NCBI RefSeq assembly: GCF_000012545.1
Contig: NC_007681.1
Location: 120,001 to 152,000, forward strand
Source: Methanosphaera stadtmanae DSM 3091
Lineage (GTDB): Archaea > Methanobacteriota > Methanobacteria > Methanobacteriales > Methanobacteriaceae
DNA length: 32,000 nucleotides
Direction of reading: 5' to 3'
How positions within the stretch are numbered: the stretch's first letter is position 1; each line of letters begins with the position of its first letter. A program made the position numbers and the translations under genes. Shown in pieces: positions 20,556 through 28,608 of the stretch. Below the pieces are notes generated by a model, which made no database searches, had not been told where the DNA came from, and saw only the letters and a program-made list of their open reading frames with translations.

Positions 20556-21536
20556 ATGGAACAAACAAATACAAAAAACATACCAATAAAGGACATAACA
20601 CTATTTAGAAGCTGTCTTGTATCTGCAGAATATCCTGGAATTGAAGCATCAACAAAATATATCTTTGATAAACTAGGAATAGAATATGTAATAGATCGTA
20701 ATCAATCATGTTGTACAGGACTAGGACATTACTATGATATATTTGATGAATTATCAACAACAGCACTAGCAGCAAGAAACTTCAGTCATGCAATAGAAAA
20801 CAAACACAAACACTACGTACCAATGTGTGCAACATGCTATGCAATCTTAAAAAATGCCGCAAAAACATTAAATCAAAAAGATGATGTTAGAGAAAAGATA
20901 AATAATGCCTTTTGTGAAAATGGTCTTGAAAATCTACAATACAAAAAAGATTCAATCAATCCAACAGATGACATAACACATGTTGCAGATATATTATATC
21001 ACTTTAAAGACCAACTAAAAAAACATAAAAAAGTAGATATTTCAGGACTAAAAATAGCAACACACCATGGATGTCATTACTGTAAAGTACATTATGATGA
21101 TACACTCTGTGGAGTAAGAAATCCACAACTCATGGATAAAATATGTGAAGCAATGGATGTACCAACAATAGGATGGTATGATCATAAAAGATTAACATGT
21201 GGCTGTGGATTCAGACAAAGATATGCAAATAGAGAATTATCATTAGAAGCATCAACAGATAAATTTGAAAGTCTATATAAGGAGGATGTTGATGTGTTAC
21301 TTGTTATGTGCCCAAATTGTCATCTTCAATTTGATAGATATGAAAGAGTAATACAACAACACACAGGACATAAAAAACACATGGTAATATTGAATATTGC
21401 ACAACTAATAGCACTATATATGGGAGCACATCCATATAAAACAGTAGGAATACAGACACACACAACAAATGTAGAACCAATTCTTGATAAACTAGGTATA
21501 GAATATGATAGTGGGGAGGATTCATTACATGACTAA
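20556..21536 (+). CDS. hdrB: heterodisulfide reductase subunit B-like (two CCG-type Cys-rich domains)
   Basis: The first domain has C..x..SCCTG..x37..CATC. The second domain has HHGCHYC...TCGCGF...MCPNCH. The track start is GTG 20541, overlapping the hdrC stop; ATG 20556 after gggggaag is preferred. Confidence 0.75.
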   Translation: MEQTNTKNIPIKDITLFRSCLVSAEYPGIEASTKYIFDKLGIEYVIDRNQSCCTGLGHYYDIFDELSTTALAARNFSHAIENKHKHYVPMCATCYAILKNAAKTLNQKDDVREKINNAFCENGLENLQYKKDSINPTDDITHVADILYHFKDQLKKHKKVDISGLKIATHHGCHYCKVHYDDTLCGVRNPQLMDKICEAMDVPTIGWYDHKRLTCGCGFRQRYANRELSLEASTDKFESLYKEDVDVLLVMCPNCHLQFDRYERVIQQHTGHKKHMVILNIAQLIALYMGAHPYKTVGIQTHTTNVEPILDKLGIEYDSGEDSLHD

Positions 21537-23844
21537 TCAACATAAAATAGGAGTATTTCTATGTCATTGTGGTGGAAACATATCTGATGTACTGAAATTA
21601 GATAAAATAGAAAAACAACTCATTAAAAACAATGAAGTAGTATCAATTAAACATCATGAAAATCTATGTTCACTAGAAGGAAGGAAGATAATTAAGGATC
21701 AGATTCTTAGAGAAAATCTAGATCGTGTAGTGATTGCTGCATGTTCAAGAGTAACTCATGGAGAAACATTTCAAAACTATATAAAACCATTAAATCCATA
21801 CTTATTTGAAATGCCAAATGTAAGGGAACAATGTTCATGGGTTACTAAAAATCATGAAGAAGCAACAAATAAGGCATTATCTCTAATAAACTCTGCAATA
21901 GAATCAGTAAAATATGATGAACCACTTGAAAAAATTCCAACACAAGTAAAAAACAGTGTACTTGTTATAGGAGCAGGAATTTCTGGGATAACAACAGCAG
22001 TATCACTTGCAAAACAGGGAATGAAAGTAACACTCATTGAAAAGAGACCAGCAGTAGGAGGCGCAATGGTACAGGTAGGTAAAGTATTTTCACCAGAAAA
22101 ACTCACAGAAGACTGTGCTGCATGTCTTTTAAATCCTGTTATAGATGAAATGGTTCATAATAAAAATATAAGATTATTAACCAATACAAAACTTGAACGT
22201 TCAGAAAGAAGAGCAGGAAACTTTGATGTAATACTTAGAAAAAAACCAGTCTATGTTGATACACAGAAATGTACTAGTTGTGGGAGATGTACAAGTGCCT
22301 GTCCAACAGTAGTTCCTGATGAATGGAATGAAGGATTAATAAATAGAAAAGCAATATATAAACCATTTCCACAGGCAGTTCCAAGTACATACACATTAGA
22401 TGATGAACACTGTATTAAATGTGGGATATGTACAAATGTCTGTCCTACAAATGCAATAGATCTTGATGCTATAGATGATATTATTTCATTAACAGTAGGT
22501 TCTGTTGTAATTGCAACTGGACATCAAAGATTTGATACAAGTAAAAGACCAGAATATGGTCATGAGTTGTATGAGGATGTATTAAGTCAAATGGAACTGG
22601 CAAGAGTAATGGGAGTAAATGGTCCAACACATGGAAAACTTCTTGTTCCTTCAACAGGTAAAGTTCCACGTCGTGTTGTAATGATACAATGTGTAGGTTC
22701 AAGAGACCAACTACCTGGAGGTCATAAATACTGTTCAAAGGTCTGTTGTATGGTAGCACTAAAGAGTGCAAATCTAATAAGAACACATTATCCTGATACA
22801 GAAGTTATAATCTGTTATACTGATATAAGAACTCCTGGTGTCTATGAAAAATATTATAAATATGGACAAGATAATGGTATTGAATTAATACGTGGAAGAC
22901 CAGGAGAGATTGCACGTGAAGATGATCATATGATTGTAAGGATAGAGGATACTTTAACAGGAATTAGAGAAGAAATTCCTACAGATTTAATAGTATTATC
23001 TGCAGCTTTAGAATCATCTAAAGGTACAATTGAAGTTGCAAAAACATTAAATGTGGCTTTAACAGAGGATAACTTTATTAAAGAAAAACATCCAAAAATG
23101 AAACCAGTAACAACTGATATTGAAGGAATATTTGTTTGTGGTACAGCACAGGGACCAAAAGATATAACAGATAGTATTATTCAGGCAAATGCTGCAGCAA
23201 CTAAAATATCAGAACTAGTAAATGGTGGGCTTGAAGTTGAACCATTTATTGCATCTATAAATGTTAAAAAATGTGTTCTATGTGGAAGTTGTGTTGAAAA
23301 CTGTGTATATCAGGCAATAACATTAAATAGAAATTCAATACATGTTGATGCAATATCATGTACTGGTTGTGGAGATTGTATAATCACATGTCCTCAGGAG
23401 GCAATAAGTATTCAAGGACAAAGTGATGATAAATTAGAAGCTAGTATTAGGGGAATATTAAAGAATAAAAAAGATGATGAACGTATTATCATAGCATTTC
23501 TCGATGATATTGGTAATGTTTCTGCAAATAACATGGGAATTAATAGGGTGTCCTGTCCAAGTTCTGTAAGAATTATTAATGTACCATTTATAAATCGTGT
23601 AAAATATAGGCATGTCTTATATGCCCTAACACATGGTGCCGATGGAGTATTCATTGGGGAATATCCAGATACACCTAAACATAAGGAAATACGTGAAAAT
23701 GTAAATATTATGAAGAAACATTTAGAAGAAGAAGGAATTAATCCAAATAGACTAATAATACACAGTGTATTTATACCTTACTTTAGAGGTTTAGCAAATC
23801 AATTTAAGGAATTTGATGAAGAATTAAGATTAAATTCCTATTAA
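21529..23844 (+). CDS. hdrA: heterodisulfide reductase subunit A-like flavoprotein fused to a C-terminal MvhD-like domain
   Basis: N-terminal IGVFLCHCGGNIS, FAD motif VIGAGISGITTAVSLA, QCVGSRD, and four ferredoxin CxxCxxCxxxCP motifs. The C-terminal ~120 aa (23479-23841) align to my recollection of MvhD. ATG 21529 overlaps the hdrB stop by 8 nt and has a ggggagga RBS. Confidence 0.8.
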   Translation: MTNQHKIGVFLCHCGGNISDVLKLDKIEKQLIKNNEVVSIKHHENLCSLEGRKIIKDQILRENLDRVVIAACSRVTHGETFQNYIKPLNPYLFEMPNVREQCSWVTKNHEEATNKALSLINSAIESVKYDEPLEKIPTQVKNSVLVIGAGISGITTAVSLAKQGMKVTLIEKRPAVGGAMVQVGKVFSPEKLTEDCAACLLNPVIDEMVHNKNIRLLTNTKLERSERRAGNFDVILRKKPVYVDTQKCTSCGRCTSACPTVVPDEWNEGLINRKAIYKPFPQAVPSTYTLDDEHCIKCGICTNVCPTNAIDLDAIDDIISLTVGSVVIATGHQRFDTSKRPEYGHELYEDVLSQMELARVMGVNGPTHGKLLVPSTGKVPRRVVMIQCVGSRDQLPGGHKYCSKVCCMVALKSANLIRTHYPDTEVIICYTDIRTPGVYEKYYKYGQDNGIELIRGRPGEIAREDDHMIVRIEDTLTGIREEIPTDLIVLSAALESSKGTIEVAKTLNVALTEDNFIKEKHPKMKPVTTDIEGIFVCGTAQGPKDITDSIIQANAAATKISELVNGGLEVEPFIASINVKKCVLCGSCVENCVYQAITLNRNSIHVDAISCTGCGDCIITCPQEAISIQGQSDDKLEASIRGILKNKKDDERIIIAFLDDIGNVSANNMGINRVSCPSSVRIINVPFINRVKYRHVLYALTHGADGVFIGEYPDTPKHKEIRENVNIMKKHLEEEGINPNRLIIHSVFIPYFRGLANQFKEFDEELRLNSY

Positions 23845-23873
23845 TTCTTCAGATATTCTTTAGGAGTTATATT

Positions 23874-26069
23874 ATGATATCACAAGAAAAATACATTGAA
23901 TTGGTTGAAACAATACTAAATAGAAGTATGGCTAATAGTAGTCAAAAAGAAGCAATTATGGCACCAGTTGATGAGAGTCAGTACATTGTTGCAGGACCAG
24001 GTAGTGGAAAAACAACAGTACTTGTTTTAAAGATATTAAAATACTACTTTGTTGATGATATTAGCTTTGATGATGTTATAGTAACTACCTTTACAAAGAA
24101 GGCTGCAAGAGAATTAAAAAATAGAACTATTCTTTGGGCTAAAATGATTTCTGAAGCATTGGATTATGATCTTAATTATGATTTTAATAGAATGGTTATT
24201 GGTACCTTGGATAGTATTGCTGAGGATATTGTCTGTGATGGTGAATCTATTGAAGTTATAGATAATTTCACATCATCAGCTCTTATGATGCAAACATTAC
24301 TTTTAGATAATAAGAATTCTAATAAGAAATTAAAACAATTTCTTAAAAAACTTAAAAACAGTGTCGGTGGTGTAAATACTACTGAGATGAACAATCAAAT
24401 AAGATCTATTAGAGAACGTATTTATTATGATATTGTTGATTATGATAAATTAAAAGAAAATTCTAATAATGAATACATATTATTTGATATTATTGATGCA
24501 TATAACATGACTCTTAAAGAAAGGGGAATACTTGATTATCCTATGCTTGAAACTAGGTTGTATGATATGTTATGTGATTGTAAAGTTTCTAGATTGAATC
24601 ATTTTAAAGTACTTCTAATTGATGAGTACCAGGATACTAATTATCTACAAGAACAAATCTACTTTAAAATGGCAGGATATGTCTTGGAAAATAATGGTAA
24701 CATCACTGTAGTAGGTGATGATGATCAGTCATTGTATCGTTTTAGAGGAGCAACAATTGATCTTTTTACAGAGTATTTAAAAAGAATAAATGATTATATG
24801 GGTATTACACCTAAGAGCATTTTTTTAAAGAAAAATTACAGGTCAACTGTTAATATCATTAACTTTGTTAATGAATTCATACATTTAGATAAGAAGTATG
24901 AATCATCTCGTAGTATAAATAAGCCATTAATAGAACCAGATTCTAATTCACCTAATGGTTTACCTGTAATGGGCATGTTTAGAAACAACATTGAAGAATT
25001 AACAACTGATCTGTCCAATCTTATCTATGATTTAAAAATTGGAAAAGATACTTCCCGAAGAGTTGGTAGTAAAATATATGATTTAAAACAAAAAGATAAT
25101 CCTTCAATAGCAATTCTTACAAATTCTCCAAAGGAAATAAGTGCATATAATAGACATAGGTTACCATTCTATGTAAGAGAATCTATAACTGGAAGAAGTG
25201 AGGATATTGCAGTATTTAATCCTAGGGGTCAAAATATAGAGGCCACAGATATTGTTTCATTAATTTGTGGTTTAATACTTGTTTCTATTGATTCTGATGC
25301 TACTATTGAAAATAATTTAGATAACATACCACCTCATACAAAGAAAATACTAAAAGATTGGAGAAAAAAGGTGGAAAATTATTTATCTTGTAAAGAAAAA
25401 GAAGTACCATTATATGAGGATGATATAGTCTTATCTGATTTATTAGATGATATAGAAGTAGAATGTAGTGATTTAATTAAGGAATCTAGTGAAAATAGTA
25501 TTTATCATGATATAATTATGGAAACTATAAATCAGACTAACAATGCAATAAGTGATGAAGGTAGACTCTCTGCTAATCAAATATTCTGGCACATACTTGT
25601 ACCTATTGCATCAGGTGCTGTTAATGTGGATGATGACATGTTTGATGTTAGTATTGATGAAAATATAAATATCATGTCTATTCATCAGGCAAAGGGTTTG
25701 GAATTTGATATTGTTATTGTTGATGTTGGATGTGATATTTATAAAAATGATGCATCATCTGCCTTTAAAAGATTTCCAAGAAATGGTGGTAAAACACATA
25801 GTATTGAGAAATATCTTGGTGATTATTCTAAGTTATCACTTTCTAATGAAAATAAGGGTTTGGACAATGCTTTTAATGATCTTATTAGACGATACTTTGT
25901 TGCATATACTCGTGCTAAGTCATTGTTAATTCTTGTTGGATTAAATAGTATGCGTTATGGTTATAAGGGTGATTTTCAGGATAATATTAAAATACCTAAT
26001 GTTGCAACAGGATGGTCTCGAGATAAAATATGTCATTGGGTAAATTTAGATAATTTAATTCATATATAA
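23874..26069 (+). CDS. UvrD/Rep/PcrA-like superfamily 1 helicase (divergent)
   Basis: Motif I AGPGSGKTT, Ia TFTKKAARE, II LLIDEYQDTN, III VVGDDDQSLYRFRGA, IV NYRS, V IHQAKGLEFDIV, VI FVAYTRAKSLL. A taggag RBS precedes the ATG. It starts 29 nt after hdrA. Confidence 0.85.
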   Translation: MISQEKYIELVETILNRSMANSSQKEAIMAPVDESQYIVAGPGSGKTTVLVLKILKYYFVDDISFDDVIVTTFTKKAARELKNRTILWAKMISEALDYDLNYDFNRMVIGTLDSIAEDIVCDGESIEVIDNFTSSALMMQTLLLDNKNSNKKLKQFLKKLKNSVGGVNTTEMNNQIRSIRERIYYDIVDYDKLKENSNNEYILFDIIDAYNMTLKERGILDYPMLETRLYDMLCDCKVSRLNHFKVLLIDEYQDTNYLQEQIYFKMAGYVLENNGNITVVGDDDQSLYRFRGATIDLFTEYLKRINDYMGITPKSIFLKKNYRSTVNIINFVNEFIHLDKKYESSRSINKPLIEPDSNSPNGLPVMGMFRNNIEELTTDLSNLIYDLKIGKDTSRRVGSKIYDLKQKDNPSIAILTNSPKEISAYNRHRLPFYVRESITGRSEDIAVFNPRGQNIEATDIVSLICGLILVSIDSDATIENNLDNIPPHTKKILKDWRKKVENYLSCKEKEVPLYEDDIVLSDLLDDIEVECSDLIKESSENSIYHDIIMETINQTNNAISDEGRLSANQIFWHILVPIASGAVNVDDDMFDVSIDENINIMSIHQAKGLEFDIVIVDVGCDIYKNDASSAFKRFPRNGGKTHSIEKYLGDYSKLSLSNENKGLDNAFNDLIRRYFVAYTRAKSLLILVGLNSMRYGYKGDFQDNIKIPNVATGWSRDKICHWVNLDNLIHI

Positions 26070-26117
26070 AAAAATAGTATTTGTATTTAAAAAGAAATAA
26101 AGAGTAAAGATTTCACT

Positions 26118-26225
26118 CTATCCGTGGTATCTTTTTTCTCTAACTCCTCTTCCTTTTTTATTTCCTTGTTTTTTGTATCCAGATTTTGGTCTGGTTCTTC
26201 TGTTGGTTCCTTTAACTTTTGCCAT
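26118..26225 (-). CDS. candidate small basic protein (35 aa), absent from the supplied ORF track
   Basis: The reverse strand reads GGAGGGAAAATC-ATG GCA AAA GTT ... CAC GGA TAG. This gives MAKVKGTNRRTRPKSGYKKQGNKKGRGVREKRYHG, with 13 K/R in 35 residues. It has a perfect SD at 6-nt spacing and T-rich sequence downstream. It is convergent with the helicase gene. Confidence 0.55.
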   Translation of the reverse strand: MAKVKGTNRRTRPKSGYKKQGNKKGRGVREKRYHG

Positions 26226-26701
26226 GATTTTCCCTCCTCTTAATGTGAATTTAAAAAAAATTATTTCATTATCTTCTTTTTAAGTTCGAACTTTTTTTTG
26301 ATAATGTCCTTTAACTTAATTGTTATGTTAAGTTTTTTCATCATGAAATAGTATAATATAATATATTTAAATACAATAATATATATTTTTTTATTTTTCA
26401 AACTACTTTTTACTTATATAATTACTACCTCTATTTTATTTTCAATATCTCTTTTTGGATTACTTCTATGAATATCTGTTATAGTAGCTTGTTTTGGGGG
26501 GTGTATGTTTGATAGGGGAAGTGAATGTTTTAGTTTTTAGGTAATACTTTTATTTTATTCCAGACATAAATTGCAAGTGTAAATATGTATTAGTAGGTAG
26601 TCTTTTAAATAATAATGTAAATAAAAATTATTATATACTTTATAAAAAAAGATTTTTTCATATTATGAATATTCAAAAGAATTCATGTGGAGGGTATTTT
26701 A

Positions 26702-28087
26702 TTGAAATCAAAAAATTCTATGAGTGTATTGTGTTTAGTTGATGGAGAACATTATTTTCCAGTAACAAAATCGGCTGTTGATAAAATAGAAAGTAAGGGT
26801 TATGACGTTAAATTACTCTTATTTATAGGTGGAACTGAAAAACTAAGGGATACAAATGTGGATATAATTTCAGAAATGTTTAATAAACCTGTATTATTTG
26901 GTCAAGATCATAGTAAAGTTCCATATGACTTAATAGAAGAATCTATAAAAGAATATGATGTGGGAATGGTTGTTGATTTATCTGATGAACCTGTTGTAAA
27001 CTATTCAATAAGATTTAATATAGCAACAATTGCACTACTTAATGGTTGTATGTATAAGGGATCTGATTTTGAATTTAAAGCATTAGAAGAGGAAGATGTA
27101 CTTAATAATCCATCATATAAAATTATAGGTACAGGTAAAAGAATTGGAAAAACTGCAGTTTCTGCATATACTGCTCGTCTTATTAACAAGGATAGTGATT
27201 TTGTTCCATGTGTTGTTGCAATGGGAAGAGGTGGACCTCAAATACCTGAAATAGTACGTGGTGATAAAATACATTTAACTCCCAAATATCTTATGGAAAA
27301 ATCTGATAAGGGCTTTCATGCAGCATCAGATCACTGGGAGGATGCTTTAATGAGTAGAGTTTTAACAGTAGGTTGTAGAAGATGTGCTGGTGGAATGGCA
27401 GGTATGGTATATGAGACAAACATGGTTGAAGGAGCAATGATGACCAATGATTTGGATGTGAATCTTGTAGCACTAGAGGGTAGTGGTTCTGCAATACCTC
27501 CAGTAAAGGCTGATAAACAAATAGTTCTTGTTGGTGGCCATCAGCCAATGGAAACATTAACAGAATATTTTGGTCCATATAGAATTAAATTAGCAGATCT
27601 TATTATAATAACAATGTGTGATGAACAAATCTGTTCTAGGGAAAAATTAGATGATTTATTAATTAAGATACATGAAATTAATCCAAATGCAGATATTGTT
27701 CCAACAATATTTAGGCCACATCCTGTAGATGATATATCTAATAAAAATATTTTATTTGCAACAACTGCACCAGAATCAGTACAACATCTATTAAAGGACT
27801 ATTTGGAAGAAAACTTTAATTGTAATGTAGTGGCTATTTCATCTCACTTGTCCAACAGACCTCTTCTTCAAAGGGATATTGAAGAAAATATTGATAACAT
27901 TGACTGTATGCTTACAGAACTAAAGGCAGCAGCAGTAGATGTGGCAACTAAAGATGCATTAAATAAAGGTTTAGAAGTAGTTTATTGTGATAACATTCCA
28001 ATAGCAATAAACGATGAGTATGATTTAGATAAATCAATAATGAATATTGTATATGAAGCAAAAGAAAGCTTTAATAAAAAAGATTAG
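26702..28087 (+). CDS. cpgS: cyclic 2,3-diphosphoglycerate synthetase
   Basis: N-terminal LVDGEHYFPV and P-loop-like IGTGKRIGKTAVS, as I recall for the cDPGS family. The size is about 460 aa. The start is ambiguous: GTG 26687, TTG 26702 (7 nt after GGAGGG) or ATG 26720. Confidence 0.65.
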   Translation: MKSKNSMSVLCLVDGEHYFPVTKSAVDKIESKGYDVKLLLFIGGTEKLRDTNVDIISEMFNKPVLFGQDHSKVPYDLIEESIKEYDVGMVVDLSDEPVVNYSIRFNIATIALLNGCMYKGSDFEFKALEEEDVLNNPSYKIIGTGKRIGKTAVSAYTARLINKDSDFVPCVVAMGRGGPQIPEIVRGDKIHLTPKYLMEKSDKGFHAASDHWEDALMSRVLTVGCRRCAGGMAGMVYETNMVEGAMMTNDLDVNLVALEGSGSAIPPVKADKQIVLVGGHQPMETLTEYFGPYRIKLADLIIITMCDEQICSREKLDDLLIKIHEINPNADIVPTIFRPHPVDDISNKNILFATTAPESVQHLLKDYLEENFNCNVVAISSHLSNRPLLQRDIEENIDNIDCMLTELKAAAVDVATKDALNKGLEVVYCDNIPIAINDEYDLDKSIMNIVYEAKESFNKKD

Positions 28088-28341
28088 TTTGAATGAATTA
28101 AGAAAGATACAAGTAGCTATAGTATTAATTTTTATAGAACTTCTAATAATTTAAAAAGTAATTGCTTAGATATAAATGAGTATACAGTAGAATAGGGAAT
28201 TATTTAAGAAAATTTATTCTATAATATGTTATTTTTTGATTATACTTTTTTTATTTTTTTATTTTTTAGTAAATATATATTTAATGTCGTGTTTTTGTGT
28301 TTTTAATCCATTATTTTTGTAAAAATATTTTGAAAAATAGT

Positions 28342-28356
28342 AAAGTATTTATATAA
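28342..28356 (+). promoter_or_regulatory. candidate BRE/TATA promoter of thermosome gene 2 (AAAGTATTTATATAA)
   Basis: The same 15-mer as at 7882-7896, followed by cttcAAACACCC. It lies about 250 nt upstream of the start codon. Confidence 0.45.
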
Positions 28357-28608
28357 CTTCAAACACCCTTATTAACAATAAGTTTATTATATATAATAAA
28401 TATAATAATATACAGTTGGAAAAATATTTTAAAAGATTATTTTCATAAAAATAATGTTTATTAATTATCAAATTTTTATATCAGTCTAAATTAAAAAAAC
28501 ACGGTTTTAGCATATTATTCATTAAAAAAGAAATTCATTTAATCAGTCTATAATAAAAAAAAGAATTTAAAAAAATTAATAATATCTAAAAATTGGAGGA
28601 TAATTAAT

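Noticed and set aside
25705-25929. An alternative-frame 74-aa ORF inside the helicase gene, plus minus-strand ORFs at 24176-24394 and 24836-25018.
   Set aside because: They are embedded in a CDS with complete SF1 motifs, have no RBS, and give hydrophobic or low-complexity translations typical of off-frame AT-rich sequence.
26338-26344. A C-box-like ATGATGA on the minus strand, suggesting a C/D-box sRNA in the 26240-26690 intergenic region.
   Set aside because: No CUGA D box occurs within the following ~70 nt and there is no terminal stem, so it does not fit a C/D sRNA.
26491-26527. A G-rich patch (ttGGGGGGtgtatgtttgataGGGGaag) that is conspicuous in otherwise A/T-only intergenic DNA.
   Set aside because: I could not fold it into a convincing structure or link it to an ORF. 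The only overlapping ORF is 14 codons without an RBS. There are too few G-runs for a G-quadruplex. It is noted but unexplained.
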